From NCBI GenBank assembly GCA_963741205.1, contig CAVUHW010000030.1, positions 95,428-159,427 of the forward strand: a DNA stretch of 64,000 nucleotides, given 5' to 3'. The notes beneath the pieces were generated by a model. That model made no database searches. It was given only the letters and a program-made list of their open reading frames with translations, and was not told the DNA's origin. Origin of the DNA: Nitrospirota bacterium (GTDB lineage Bacteria > Nitrospirota > UBA9217). This document shows positions 9,801 through 21,890 of the stretch, piece by piece (within the stretch, counting starts at the first letter, position 1; the number at the start of each line of letters is the position of its first letter). Both the position numbers and the translations under genes were made by a program.

Positions 9801-11082
9801 TTATTCCTGCGGGGCCTCTGCGAAGACCGGGAATATCTTGCTGATGACCCAGAACAGCGACGAAGGGCATGATGAAGATGCTGAGAGCGCCGAACAGACC
9901 CTTCCTTGAAGGTCTCCCAGTCTGTGCGGGATGATCGGCAGATGGTAGTGCATGTAGCCCGGCGAAGGAGAGGGAGAACGCCTGACCGCCGATCACCACG
10001 TTCCACCGCATCATGAACACGCCGAAGAGCACGAGGATGACGCCGAAAACCGCCCTTCTGATCGTGAGTCCGGGTATCAGGAACAGGATGAGCGGTACGA
10101 GGTTGCCGATGCCGTACTGCAGGATGAAAATGTCCCGGAAGTCCCTGCCGTAGATGACGCTCCGGAGCACGTCCCAGGACTTGAGCGCCGTGTACCCGCG
10201 GAAGATCAGGTCCAGAAGCTCCAGACTGATCGCGGCGATCAGGAAAAAGAGGAGATACTTGGCGGTCATCTGGATGACGTGGACCTCGACTCCCTTGATC
10301 TCTTCGATGGACTGCGACCGCATGCCTGGCTGCATCCTTTTGCGCTTTGCCAGGAACTTCTTGATCTCCATGGTGATGATGTAGGTGAGCATGCAGAGCG
10401 CGATGCCCGAGACCACGGCGGACATGATGAAGATCACCGGCATGAGCGGCGTCATCCAGAGGGCGTTCGCCTTGACGGACCCGAAGATGAAGCCGGCATA
10501 GCCGTGGAGGAAGCAGGCAACCGGGATGCCGATGCCGGCCAGGACCTTGATCGCCTTCTCGTCCCGGTGGAGCGCCTCTTCGCTGATGTCATACACGCCC
10601 AGCGTCAGCGAACAGAAAATGAAATACTGGATCCACTCGGCAATGGTCTTGTCCTGTTTCTCCCGAAGCTTGAGCGACTTCTCGACGAAGTGCTTGCGGT
10701 ACAGAAACCAGAGCTCCGAGGCCACGATCGCGCCGTAGGTGAAAAAGACGACGCCGAAGGCCGCGATGGCCGACGTGAAGTGGGGGGTCATGAAGATCTC
10801 GATGCCGCGGAACGGGAACTGGAGGTGCAGCACGATCGGCATGGGCGCCGCGAACAGCAGGGCGAAGGAGAACACCAGCGCGAAGCGGGCGATGTCCTTA
10901 AGCTGCTTGATGCCGAACACGTGGTAGAGCGACGACAGAACGAAGGCGCCTGCCACCAGGCCCGTCATGAAGGGATACATCACGATCTGGACGCTCCAGT
11001 AGATGAACTCGTTCGGATAGACGAACAGTTCCTTGACGGTCCATAATTCTCCGTGGGCCAGCATTTCTCCGGGGGCTACCAT
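9801..11082 (-). CDS. NrfD/PsrC-family membrane subunit (CbcU-like), indels near 3' end
   Basis: WSVQIVMYPFMTGLVAGAF, LHGYAGFIFGSVKA, MRWNVVIGGQ; rejoined end LFWVISKIFPVFAEAPQE*. Confidence 0.9.
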
Positions 11083-11872
11083 TACCGCACCTCCCTGTCG
11101 AGGCCTATGTAGAAGACCTGCGGTTTTGTTCCGTATTCTTCCTTCAGCACTCCCACACGCTCGGTCATGATGACCTTCGTGACCGGGTCATTCGGGTCCT
11201 TGATGTTGCCGATCTGCCGCGCGCCGAAGGGGCAGGCCTGGACGCAGGCGGTCTTCATGCCCTTGGTGATGCGGTGGTAGCAGAAGTTGCATTTCTCGGC
11301 CGTATGATACACGGGGTGGAAGAAGCGGACGCCGTAGGGGCAGCCCATGATGCAGTAGCCGCAGCCGATGCACCACGTCCGGTCCACGAGAACTACGCCA
11401 TCCGGCGGCCTGATAGGTGGCGCCCACCGGGCAGACCTGCACGCAGGGCGGGTTGTCGCACTGGTTGCAGAGCTTGGGCACGAAAAACGCCTTTTCGATG
11501 TCCTCATTTCTGATGTCCTCGAACTTGCCCTCGCCGAGGTCGATCTTCGAAGTCGTGAACCCGTCCCGCGCGCCCAATGGGCGTGTCGGCGTGGAACTTT
11601 CCGTCCTTGGTGATCACGTAGCGTTCGACCCAGGTGCGGGTCACGTGCGCGTCGTAGGGCACCTCGTTCTCAAGCTTGCAGGCCTTGACGCAGAGCCCGC
11701 AGCCGACGCACTTATAGGTATCTACCAGGAAGACCCACCGGACCTTCTGCTTGTCCGCCGCTTCCTGGGCCATAAGCTTCTTCGGGTCTATGATCTCGAA
11801 GGCCGCCAGAGGCAGCGCCGCGCCCGCGATCCCCGCAGCCGCGGTTTTCAGGAAATTTCTTCTCGATATCAT
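11082..11872 (-). CDS. Tat-exported NrfC-like 4Fe-4S protein (CbcT-like), indels
   Basis: SRRNFLK Tat motif; [42 protein letters not shown]...CVQACP. Confidence 0.92.
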
Positions 11873-12340
11873 CGTAAGCCTCCCATCGGATTGTGCGGAT
11901 TGTGGCAGCTCGAACACTCGACGTCGGGATTATGCTTGTCGGGGTCGATGCCCCGGATCTTCGAGCGGCCGCTCGTGGGATAGGGCAGCGGATAGTGACA
12001 GCGCAGGCACTGGGCCCTGCTCCTGTCTATGGCGAGCTTCGGCGGATCGGCCGGGATGGTCGACGGCCGGACCGTGACAGTTCTCGCATTGGATGATCCG
12101 GTGCGGCGTCTTATTGATGCTGTCGTATTTGTCGGGGTGACAGTCCTTGCAGTATTCCTTGCCCTGATACTTGACCTTGAACTTTTTCCAGTCTTCCTCG
12201 TTCCCATGCCGGTGCCAGCCGTACATGTAGCCGCGCTGACCGATGCCGAAATCCTTCGGGACCAGCACGATCCTGGCCAGCAGTATCAGGATGACGATAC
12301 CGATGATCACGATCAGCGGCCTGTAGACATGATTTTTCAT
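11869..12340 (-). CDS. Membrane-anchored tetraheme cytochrome c (CbcS-like), one indel
   Basis: TM helix then CKDCH, CENCH, CLRCH, CSSCH. Confidence 0.88.
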
Positions 12341-12395
12341 ACCCTTCGTCCCCTCCCCAAAGTTGGATGCGTCTTCCGAGCCGCCTCCGCCCCGT

Positions 12396-12870
12396 TCACG
12401 GTCCCCCGTTTTGCAGGTTTTGCTTCATCATCATTGCCGCTCCTTCCCAGAGAATGGCCAGAAAGCTGAGCGAGAGTCCTCCCACCAGGGCGAAGATGCT
12501 GCAAGAGCTGCCATTTAATGACGACAAAGAGAATGATGAAAATGGCCAAAAGCTTGAGGACGCCGATAATGCTCGCGGCGAGGTTTGAAAGGCCCGGCGT
12601 CGCGCCTTTCCTCAGGTAGATCCGTTCCACGGCAAAGGCGAGCCATCGAAAGTTCAGGAGGCCGAGCGCCCCGCCGAAGAGGATGCTCAGCGGAACGAAC
12701 CACCACCGCTCTCCGCCATGCCGGACGAGGACGTATGCGAGGTCGACGGCCGCAGCGACAAGGACGATCAGGGAGGTTTTTATCGCCACGCCTTTTACGA
12801 TTCCCGCTACGGCCAGTTTTGCTGTCTGGGCTTCGCTTGTCCTCGAATGATTTAATGGGGAATCAGTCAT
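12396..12870 (-). CDS. atpI: ATP synthase I chain (AtpI-like membrane protein), one indel
   Basis: SILFGGALGLLNFRWL and four hydrophobic segments; follows AtpZ; rejoined end ...KQNLQNGGP*. Confidence 0.75.
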
Positions 12871-13115
12871 TTGTTTTTATCATCATCTTCGTCGTCGAGG
12901 GATTTCTGGCTGCGTTTGACATACACGAACAGGTTTCTGAAGCCCGCGGCGATGCCCAGTATCAGGAAGACCGCCGTAAGCCACGGTGCAGTGCCGAGCC
13001 ACTTATCCAGCTTGAGCCCTATGAAGAGTCCGATCACGGTAGCGAATACCATGGTCAGCCCCACGGTGCTGAGGACGCCGAGCATGCGGATGAGCTTGCG
13101 GTCTTTTTCTTCCAT
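12867..13115 (-). CDS. atpZ: AtpZ/AtpI-family protein
   Basis: IGLFIGLKLDKWLGTAPWLTAVFLILGIAAGFRN signature. Confidence 0.88.
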   Translation of the reverse strand: MEEKDRKLIRMLGVLSTVGLTMVFATVIGLFIGLKLDKWLGTAPWLTAVFLILGIAAGFRNLFVYVKRSQKSLDDEDDDKNK

Positions 13116-13235
13116 GATGTAAGGCTTTGTTACCGCGGAGAACGCAGAGGGCGCAGAGTAAAACTTTGAATCTTGAATTGAAATCCGAAAAGTTGATTTC
13201 CTCTATGATCTCTGAGTTCTCTGCGATGAATACTC

Positions 13236-14519
13236 TTAAAGACCCTTCAGGCTCTTCCGCGCCGCCTCAATGGTCTTGTCGATATCGGCCTGGAATGTGC
13301 CAGGGATAGGAACGCAGCCTCGAACTGCGAAGGCGCAAGGTTTACCCCGTTCTTGAGCATGGACAGGAAGAACTTGCCGAACCGCGCCGTATCGGATGTC
13401 TTCGCGCTCGCAAAATCCTTGACCTTCTTCTCTGTAAAAAATCCCGTGAACATGGACCCGACCCGGTTGAATGTCACCGCGACGCCCGCTTCCCGGGCGG
13501 CCTCGCGAAGACCTTTTTCAAGTTCAGCGGAACTTTTTTCGAGAGACTTGTACACCCCGGGCTTCGCGAGAAGCTTCAGCGTCTCGATGCCCGCGGTCAT
13601 GGCCAGAGGGTTCCCCGAGAGCGTGCCCGCCTGATAGATGGGCCCCACGGGCGCGACTTTCTCCATGATCTCGCGCCGGCCGCCGAAAGCGCCGACGGGC
13701 AGGCCGCCGCCGATCACCTTGCCGAGACAGGTGAGATCGGGTTTGATCTTGTACAACTGCTGGGCGCCGCCGTAAGCGACGCGGAAACCGGTCATGACCT
13801 CATCGAGGATGAGGATGATGCCATATTGATCGCAGACCTGCCGGAGACCCTGCGAGAAATCCCGGTTCCGGAGGCACGCAGCCCATGTTCCCCGCCACCG
13901 GCTCCACGATAATGCAGGCAATCCGCTCCCCTTCCCGGGCCGTCAGATCCTTGATTGCCGCGAGATCGTTGTAGGGGACCGTCAGGGTATATTTGGCGAG
14001 GTCTGCGGGCACGCCGGGGCTGTCGGGCAGGCCGAAGGTCGCCACGCCGCTCCCTGCCTTCACGAGAAGGCAATCGCCGTGACCGTGGTAACCGCCCTCA
14101 AACTTGATGATCTTGTCCCGTCCTGTGAATCCTCTGGCCACCCTTATAGCGCTCATGGTGGCTTCGGTGCCGGAACTCGCCATGCGAACCATCTCGATGG
14201 AGGGAACCGCCTTCTTGACCATCTTTGCGAGCGTGATTTCGAGCTCCGTGGGCGCCCCGAAGCTCGTGCCGTCGGAGATCGCTTTTTTGAGCGCCGCGGA
14301 TACGCGCGGATGGGCATGCCCCAGGATCATCGGCCCCCAGGAGAGGACGTAATCAATGTACGCCTTGCCGTCGGCGTCGTAGATTTTAGATCCCTTCGCC
14401 TTCTTGATAAAGAGCGGTTCGCCGCCCACCGAGCGAAAGGCCCTCACCGGGCTGTTCACTCCGCCCGGGATATGCTTCTTTGCTTCCTCAAACAACTTTT
14501 TCGATCGTGCCCCTGACAT
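13236..14519 (-). CDS. hemL: Glutamate-1-semialdehyde 2,1-aminomutase (indels)
   Basis: [51 protein letters not shown]. Confidence 0.95.
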
Positions 14520-14763
14520 GCATGCTCCTCTCAAGTTGAAGGTGATGGATTATCGTACGGCAAAAAAGGACTTTCCTAAAATATGAAAATCCACGGTGAT
14601 TGTCAATGAAAAACGATGATTTTCAAGGCTAAATTACAAGTAAACATTATGTGACAATCAGAATTTGCATGTTGTATTGCAACGAAGCAAAATCGGCGGT
14701 CGTCCCGATAAAATCGGGACGTCAGAAATACGGAAAGCCGCGCAAACTGAAGTTTGCGGCTAC

Positions 14764-15257
14764 CTAAGAAATATTTCGACTATTCACGATGAACTCCGCG
14801 ACGCCTTCGGCGTCGTTCCAGTCAAAGCGGGGGATGGAAACTTCGAAGGGCCGGTCGCTCACCAGTGCGAGAAAGGAAGGGTCGTCGAGGCAAAGCGGCC
14901 GGTCTCCCGATACGCCGGAACGGAAAACCTCGATCCGGTTCACAGCCGAGTGCTTGAACCCCTCCTGGATCACAATGTCGGCGTCTCCCGCAATCCGCGC
15001 GAGTTCCTCGGGAGACGGTTCCCGGGAGATATTCTTCAGAAGCGCCATGCTGTCCGGTCCCACGAGGACGACGGCATCGGCCCCCGCCTGCCGGAAACGC
15101 CAGGAGTCCTTGCCCGGCTTGTCGAGTTCAAAACCGGCGGAGGCGTGCTTTACCACGGTCACGCGCAGACCCCTGGCCTTGAGTATCCCTACTACCTTTT
15201 CAATAAGGGTGGTTTTGCCGCTGTTCGAGGACGCTGCGACGAAGGAAACGATCTCAT
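14764..15257 (-). CDS. mobB: Molybdopterin-guanine dinucleotide biosynthesis protein B (indel after ATG)
   Basis: SNSGKTTLIEK Walker A, DKPGKDSWRFRQAGA, EGFK. Confidence 0.9.
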
Positions 15258-15363
15258 GGTATAATCCGAAATCTGCAAAGAATCACCCTTGCTCCCTTGA
15301 AGGGGAGGGATTATCTCCTGCTCCCCCTCGATTCTCGAACTCCGACATGCCCGCACCCGCTCG

Positions 15364-16164
15364 CTACGCCTCCGTCAGCTCCGTTTTCTTCGGCTTTTTC
15401 CTTCTTCCGAATATCCGCGCGGCAATGATGCCGAACTCATAGAGCAGGTAGATCGGGATGGAGAGGATCGTCTGGTTGAAGATATCCGGCGTGGGCGTCA
15501 GGATCGCGCCGACGATGAACGCGCCGAGAACGGCGAATTTCCGGTACTTCGCGAGCGTATCGGGGTTCACGATCCCCAGGCGGCTCAGGAGGACGATGAC
15601 GAGCGGCAGTTCGAACACCACCCCGCTCGCCAGGAGAAACTTCAGGACAAAATCGATATAGTCCCCGATCCTGATGATCGCGATCAGGTTTTCAGTCTTG
15701 TAGGAGAGCAGAAAGGGAATGGCCACGGGAAGCAGGACCAGGAAGCAGAAAAGTACGCCGATTCCGAAAAATATCGACGAGAAAAAGACGAAGGACCCCA
15801 CGTACCGCCGCTCTTTCAGCAGCAAGCCCGGCGACAGAAACTTCCAGAGCTGGTACATGACGAACGGGAAGACCAGCATGATGCCGGCGATGAGCGCGAT
15901 CTTCATATGGGCCCAGAACGGCTCGATCAGCGTGGCATAGTGCAGTTTCTGCTGCACCTCATAGGGGACGGCCGAAACATAGGGGTATGCGCCCTGCAGC
16001 GACAATTTCGTGTTCATGGGCCACAGGAGCAGTTTCAGGATGTTCTCGGAGTAATTAAAGCAGACCCCGAAGCCCACGGCGATGCCGATGACCGAACGAA
16101 CGAGCCTCTTCCTGAGTTCCTCCAAATGGCTCCAGAACGGCATCCGCATCTCATCATCAGGCAT
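15364..16164 (-). CDS. tatC: Twin-arginine translocase subunit C
   Basis: [35 protein letters not shown]. Confidence 0.96.
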   Translation of the reverse strand: MPDDEMRMPFWSHLEELRKRLVRSVIGIAVGFGVCFNYSENILKLLLWPMNTKLSLQGAYPYVSAVPYEVQQKLHYATLIEPFWAHMKIALIAGIMLVFPFVMYQLWKFLSPGLLLKERRYVGSFVFFSSIFFGIGVLFCFLVLLPVAIPFLLSYKTENLIAIIRIGDYIDFVLKFLLASGVVFELPLVIVLLSRLGIVNPDTLAKYRKFAVLGAFIVGAILTPTPDIFNQTILSIPIYLLYEFGIIAARIFGRRKKPKKTELTEA

Positions 16165-16519
16165 TGCCTTTGGTCTCCTCGCTCTTCTGCTGGTCCGGTT
16201 TCTCTTGATCCGGCTCCGGCGCCGGCTGCTGTGCCGGACTCTGCGCCGTATCCTTTTTTTCGGCGGCTTTCACGGCCCCCGCCTTGATTGCATCCGGGAT
16301 ATCGAGTTTGCTCAGTCTCTTGATCTCATCCATATCCGCGCTCTTCTCCACTTCCTTCATCTCTTCGTGGATGGTCTCCTTGAATTCTTCCGTCGCCTTC
16401 TTGAACTCTGCCATGGCGCGGCCGATGGACTTGCCCAGCTCCGGCAGCTTCTTGGGGCCGAAAACGATCAGGGCTATGACGAATATGACCAGCAGTTCAG
16501 GTAATCCGAGACCGAACAT
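16157..16519 (-). CDS. tatA: Twin-arginine translocase TatA/TatB subunit
   Basis: [33 protein letters not shown]. Confidence 0.9.
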   Translation of the reverse strand: MFGLGLPELLVIFVIALIVFGPKKLPELGKSIGRAMAEFKKATEEFKETIHEEMKEVEKSADMDEIKRLSKLDIPDAIKAGAVKAAEKKDTAQSPAQQPAPEPDQEKPDQQKSEETKGNA

Positions 16520-16728
16520 ATGATTCTCCTCTGAATATTTGAAATTGCGGACTGAGAAAAGAGAAAAAGCCGTTAATCCGAAATCCGCGTTCCGCAGTCA
16601 ATCACGGCGGGCAAATCTGTTCATAGATAACATGGAGCCAAGAGCTAGTCAAGATATTTCATAAGGTTATGTCTTGCTCCGAAAGTATAGCGCGAAAAAA
16701 GGCTGGATGCAATGCCACGAAATGCGGT

Positions 16729-17097
16729 CTAAAGCGCCACCCGTATGACCGTCTTGACGTTGCCCCGGACGTTGAAGTCTCCCACCACTTCAAGAGAGCG
16801 CGGTTTAAGGTTTTTTTCGAGCGTATCGAATATCAGATTCGTCACCGACTCATGGGACACGCACTGGTCCCTGAAACTGTTCAGATAGAGCTTCAGGCTT
16901 TTCAGCTCTACAACTTTCTTGTCCGGCGTATAGGTGACCTTGATCGTCGCGAAATCGGGATATCCCGAGCGCGGGCAGAGGCAGGTAAACTCCGGATACG
17001 AAATGTCGATGACGTAATCCCGGTCCGGGTTGGGGTTGGGCCATAATTCAAGCTTTGCCTGTTTGATTGCTTTCGTACCGTATTTCATATCCATCAT
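16729..17097 (-). CDS. queF: 7-cyano-7-deazaguanine reductase
   Basis: [33 protein letters not shown]. Confidence 0.95.
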   Translation of the reverse strand: MMDMKYGTKAIKQAKLELWPNPNPDRDYVIDISYPEFTCLCPRSGYPDFATIKVTYTPDKKVVELKSLKLYLNSFRDQCVSHESVTNLIFDTLEKNLKPRSLEVVGDFNVRGNVKTVIRVAL

Positions 17098-17221
17098 ATT
17101 ACCGGTTTTGCCGATTTCTGTAAAGGCAAACTTCCGCCTTCTGCCGATTTGAGTTGTTTTTTCCGGTCCTTGAATATATAATGATTATTACGCTATTATT
17201 TTACGATAAAGAGGTCCCCGC

Positions 17222-18266
17222 ATGACGCACAGCTTCAACTGCATCGCAACCGGCATCGGAAGTCTTCCGCATGCGGAGCCCGACAAGGCCGCGGCCCTGT
17301 CGCTTCAGTATCTTCGCGGAGGCGCCGTTCTGGCCCCAGCTCCCGCAGAGAGACTTTCGGGAACACATGGACGGCCAGTACAGCGAGGCCTTGCCCGGCC
17401 TCAGGCTCGACGCGGCGAAGAAGCGATTCTTTTTCGATACGTCGCAAGACCTCACGCCGGAGCTGGAAAAATTCTTCGGCCGTTTCATCGAGAAAGACTA
17501 CGGGTTCTTCCAGATCTCGGAAGAATACGCGCCCGGGTTCTATTCCTTCCTCCGCGCCCTGAAGAAGGGCCTTCCCGCGGGAGCGCGGTTCGTCAAAGGG
17601 CACATCACCGGCCCCCTTACCGCCGGCATATCCTTTAAAGACCAGACCGGCAGGGACATCGTCCATAATGACGTGCTCTTCGACGCCGTGGTCAAGGGTC
17701 TCGCCATGAAGGCGGCCTGGCAGGTGCGGGAACTCGGCCGGTTCGGCAAGCCGGTCATCATCTTCATCGACGAGCCTGCCATGGAATCGCTTGGATCGGC
17801 CTTTTCGGCGGTCTCGTCCGAGGTCGTGGCGGAAAAGCTGAACGAGATCATCGACATGATACACGAGCTGGGCGGCATTGCGGGCATCCACTGCTGCGGC
17901 AATGCGGACTGGCCCCTGCTGTTCAATTCGAAAGTGGACATCGTGAACTTCGACGCCTTCGGATACATGGAAAAGGTGCTGCTCTATCCCGAAGACATCA
18001 AGAAATTCTACAGCCGCGGCGGCGCGCTCGCCTGGGGGGTCGTACCCACGGGCGCCTTCACCGGCAGCGAGACCGCGGAACTGCTCCTTGCGAAACTCGA
18101 AGCAGGGATGAAGCGGCTGGAAACCCGCGGCATCGCCCGCGAGACCATCTCTGCGCCAATGCCTCATCACGCCCTCCTGCGGCATGGGCAGCCTCACACC
18201 GGAGGCGGCGGAGGCGATCCTGAGCTGCTCCGGGAAGTTTCGGACAGGATGCAGAAAACCATTTAA
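17222..18266 (+). CDS. Cobalamin-independent methionine synthase-like (MetE C-terminal-like) protein, indels
   Basis: TGIGSLPH, WPQLP, KGHITGP, FIDEP, GIHCCG, ITPSCG. Confidence 0.8.
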
Positions 18267-18452
18267 CCACGGATGAACGTAGAACACACTGATCGCGTGC
18301 CACTACGTAGGCAGCGGATAAGATCAAAAACGATAAATTGGACGCAGATAATAATCCGATAAACGCGGATGAAGGCATAGATTCAGGGCTTACAAAGTGT
18401 CTTTCCGCGAATGATTTCATCCGCGTTTATCCGCGTAAATCTGCGTCCAAAT
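18265..18452. repeat. ACCAC/ACCGC..CAGAG / CTCTGCG..GGT-type inverted low-complexity repeat (representative copy)
   Basis: Related copies at 13130-13230, 20486-20613, 44139-44196, 58519-58582. Confidence 0.6.
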
Positions 18453-18468
18453 TTTTTTCATACATCTC

Positions 18469-19280
18469 ATGCCCCGGTATTTACATTTCACGAAGTTCAT
18501 CTTTTTCTCCCTCGCACTGCACGCGCTGATGGTCGCTGCGGCCCTGTTCCTGATCAAGCCGGCGGCGACGGAAATCCCCGTCTTTACGCCCGTCAGGATC
18601 GTGAACCTGCCGCCGCAGGAGGCCAAACAACTTCCCCCGCTGCGGCAGCCGGCTCCCGAGCGTCCCGTTCCTCCTCCGCCGCCCGTTCCACAACCCGTGG
18701 TTCCGGAGAAACCGCTGCCCCCGAGGCCGTGCCCATGCCGAAGAAATTCGGTGGTAGCGAAGAATTGAGGCTTCCGAAGACTTCTCCGCCGGCGGGCGTA
18801 CCCGAAGGCGCGGAACAGGGCGGGGAAACGGGAAAGGCCGGGACCGCCGCCGGCCCGAAAACAGACCGGGACCGCTCCCGTTTCTGACGCAGAACGACAT
18901 TGACCAACTCGCGCGCAAAGGCATGCCCGCAAGGCAGCCGGGGGATGAGTCGGTGACGCTCGATACCGATGAATTCAAATTCATTTCCTACAACCGGTGG
19001 CTCAAGATGAAGATCGAAAGCGTGCTCAAATATCCCGAGCTCGCGGCCACGATCGGGCTACCAGGGAACACTCTTCATCAAGTTCGACATCCTGAAGGAT
19101 GGGTCGCTCGGCGGGGTCGAGATCCTGAAGGGGTCCGGATACAAGATCCTGGACGACGAGGCGGTCCGCGCTATCCGTTCAGCGGCGCCGTTCCAGCCTC
19201 TGCCCGACGACTGGAGCATGGAACGCTACTCGATCAGGGCCGCGGTGATCTTCTACATGAGTGAAGGTTATATCCGATGA
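18469..19280 (+). CDS. TonB-family energy transducer (indels)
   Basis: N-terminal TM with SLALH, Pro-rich linker, C-terminal YPELA...SGYKILDDEAVRAIRSAAPF. Confidence 0.8.
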
Positions 19281-20473
19281 CGGACCTCATCAAGATAGGC
19301 GCCGCTTTCGCGATGATCGTTCTGCTGCTGCGCCTGCGCTGCAACCTCGGCCTCGTGATGCTCGCGGGAGCGGTGTTTCTCGGTTCGCTCTACCGGATCG
19401 GCCCGGCAGGCCAGGCGCTGGTCCTGCTGCGCTCGGCCGCCGATCCGGTGACGATCAACCTCGTGACCGGCCTCGTGCTGATCATGGTGCTCGAGAACAT
19501 CATCAGAAAAAGAGGGCTGCTCAAGCGCATGATGGAGGCGGTCGTGAACGTGGCCCGGGACCGGCGCATTGCCATGGCGGTGCTGCCGGGCGTGATCGGC
19601 CTTCTTCCCTCCGCCGGCGGCGCGGCCTTCTCCGCGCCCATGGTCCAGGAGGCGGCGGCCGACGCGGACATGAAGCCCGAGCACAAGGCGTTCATCAACT
19701 ACTGGTTCCGGCACATCTGGGAATACTGCTCGCCTCTCTACCCGGGCGTCGTGCTCGCCGCCGCCGTGACAGGGACGCCGATCAACAAGTTCCTGCTGTC
19801 GCAGCTCCCGCTGCCCCTGGCGGTCGTCGGCGTGGGCGCCCTTCTGGGGTTCCGCGGGCTTACGACCCCAAGCGTCTCCGGTAAGCGGGACCGCGATGAA
19901 ATCAAGGCTCTTTTCCTGACCCTCCTGCCGATCACAGCCTCCATCGTCCTCGTTGTCGTATTCCGGATGCCGCTCGCCGTCGCCATGATAACGATCGTGA
20001 TCGCCATGTTCCTGTTCTATCGCTATTCCCTCAAGGACATCATGACCACGCTCAAGGAAAGCGTTTCCCTGAACGTCATGCTCATGGTCTTTGGGATCAT
20101 GACCTTCAAGGGAATGCTGGACGCCTCGGGCGCGATCGAAGCCTTGCCGGTTTTTTTCAAAGGGAGCGGCCTGCCTACAGGCGTGATCTTGTTCGCGCTT
20201 CCCTTCATCGTAGGACTCCTGACCGGCCTCACCGTCGGCTTCGTCGGCGCAACGTTCCCGATTATTACGGCCATGATGGGCGGCCACCCGGACCTCGGGG
20301 CATACACCTTTGCCTTTGCCTCCGGCTTTGCCGGCGTCATGCTCTCCCCCACCCACCTCTGCCTCCTGCTGACGATCAAGTACTTCAAGGCGGACATGGC
20401 CGGAACCTACCGGCTCATGTACCTGCCGGTGCTTCTGGTCTTCGCCGTCGGGCTGATCAGGCTGTGGTTTTAA
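19277..20473 (+). CDS. DUF401-family membrane transporter-like protein
   Basis: GLLPSAGGAAFSAPMV, INYWFRHIWEY, LSPTHLCL. Confidence 0.85.
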   Translation: MTDLIKIGAAFAMIVLLLRLRCNLGLVMLAGAVFLGSLYRIGPAGQALVLLRSAADPVTINLVTGLVLIMVLENIIRKRGLLKRMMEAVVNVARDRRIAMAVLPGVIGLLPSAGGAAFSAPMVQEAAADADMKPEHKAFINYWFRHIWEYCSPLYPGVVLAAAVTGTPINKFLLSQLPLPLAVVGVGALLGFRGLTTPSVSGKRDRDEIKALFLTLLPITASIVLVVVFRMPLAVAMITIVIAMFLFYRYSLKDIMTTLKESVSLNVMLMVFGIMTFKGMLDASGAIEALPVFFKGSGLPTGVILFALPFIVGLLTGLTVGFVGATFPIITAMMGGHPDLGAYTFAFASGFAGVMLSPTHLCLLLTIKYFKADMAGTYRLMYLPVLLVFAVGLIRLWF

Positions 20474-20680
20474 ATTCCAGAATCCAACCACGAGACACAC
20501 CCTGCACTCGCGCGGCTGCACTCGTAACCGCTGGGTGCAGCCTTACGGAGCGAAGAAGAAGTGGACCTCATCACGAATCCTAAAACCTCCGTGTCTCCGT
20601 GACTCCGTGGTTCGTTTTCGCTGAATTCCGGCACGAATTTCCGTTTGATTTTTCAAGCTGGTTATGTTACTTTCCCCTTC

Positions 20681-21874
20681 ATGATCACCAGCGACATCCT
20701 CGCGGATTCACATAAATACATCATGAATACCTACGGCCGTCAGCCGCTCGTGCTCGTCAAGGGCAGGGGGACGAGGGTCTTCGACTCCGACGGACGGGAA
20801 TACATCGACTTCGTCTCCGGCGTGGCGGTGTGCAACCTGGGCCACTGCCACCCGCGGGTTGTCGTAGCGCTCCAGAAACAGGCGCAGCGGCTGATGCATG
20901 TGTCGAACCACTACCATAACGAGCCGCAGATCAATCTGGCGAAGGCGCTCGTCCAGCATTCGTTCGCGGACAAGGTGTTTTTCTGCAATTCAGGCACCGA
21001 GGCCGTCGAGGCCGCCATCAAGCTCGCGCGCAGGTATGCCCGGGAAATCTTAAAAGAGGACCGGTTCGAGATCATCACGATGCGGGGGTCGTTCCACGGC
21101 CGGACACTGGGCGCCCTCGCGGCGACGGCGCAGGACAAGTTCCACAAGGGCTTTGAGCCTGTGGCCCCCGGGTTCCGGTATGTTCCCTTCAATGACGTCC
21201 CCGCGGTCGATGCGGCGGTCAACGAACATACCTGCGCGGTTCTCGTCGAGCCCGTTCAGGGCGAGGGCGGCGTCAACGTACCGTCCGACGGTTATCTCAA
21301 GTCTCTCCGTGAGCTCTGCGACCGACACGGCATCCTGCTCATGCTCGACGAGATCCAGACCGGAATGGGCCGGACAGGCAAGCTCTTCGCCTACGAACAT
21401 GCCGGCGTCACGCCCGACGTGGCGGCGCTCGCCAAAGGACTCGGCGCCGGCATGCCGATCGGCGCGCTCCTGGCGACCGACAAAGCGGCCCGGGCCTTGG
21501 CGCCCGGCTCGCACGGCTCCACCTTCGGCGGAAACCCCCTGGCCTGCGCCGCGGCGCTGGCTTCACTCGAGGCGTTGATCGAGGACGACATCATCATCCC
21601 GGCAGTGGAGCGACTCGGGAGATATTTTTTAGAAGGGCTTCGCGGCCTTCAGAAAAAATACTCCTTTGTGATGGACGTCCGGGGCAAGGGCCTGCTCGTG
21701 GGCATGGAACTGGATTTCCCCGGAAAGGACATCGTGACCGCCTGCCTCAGGGAAGGGCTGTTGATCAACTGCACCATGGACACGGTACTGCGCTTCATGC
21801 CGCCGCTCATCATCACCGAAGAGGAGATCGACAGGCTCCTGCGGGTGCTCGACGGGATATTCGCGCAGCGGTGA
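20681..21874 (+). CDS. argD: Acetylornithine aminotransferase
   Basis: NSGTEAVEAAIKLAR, FHGRT, EPVQGEGG, DEIQTGMGRTG, HGSTFGGNP. Confidence 0.95.
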   Translation: MITSDILADSHKYIMNTYGRQPLVLVKGRGTRVFDSDGREYIDFVSGVAVCNLGHCHPRVVVALQKQAQRLMHVSNHYHNEPQINLAKALVQHSFADKVFFCNSGTEAVEAAIKLARRYAREILKEDRFEIITMRGSFHGRTLGALAATAQDKFHKGFEPVAPGFRYVPFNDVPAVDAAVNEHTCAVLVEPVQGEGGVNVPSDGYLKSLRELCDRHGILLMLDEIQTGMGRTGKLFAYEHAGVTPDVAALAKGLGAGMPIGALLATDKAARALAPGSHGSTFGGNPLACAAALASLEALIEDDIIIPAVERLGRYFLEGLRGLQKKYSFVMDVRGKGLLVGMELDFPGKDIVTACLREGLLINCTMDTVLRFMPPLIITEEEIDRLLRVLDGIFAQR

Positions 21875-21890
21875 ATTGAATCAGCAACAG

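Noticed and set aside
17098-17220. preQ1 riboswitch upstream of queF
   Set aside because: No matching hairpin or A-rich tail; the promoter appears to abut the start codon.
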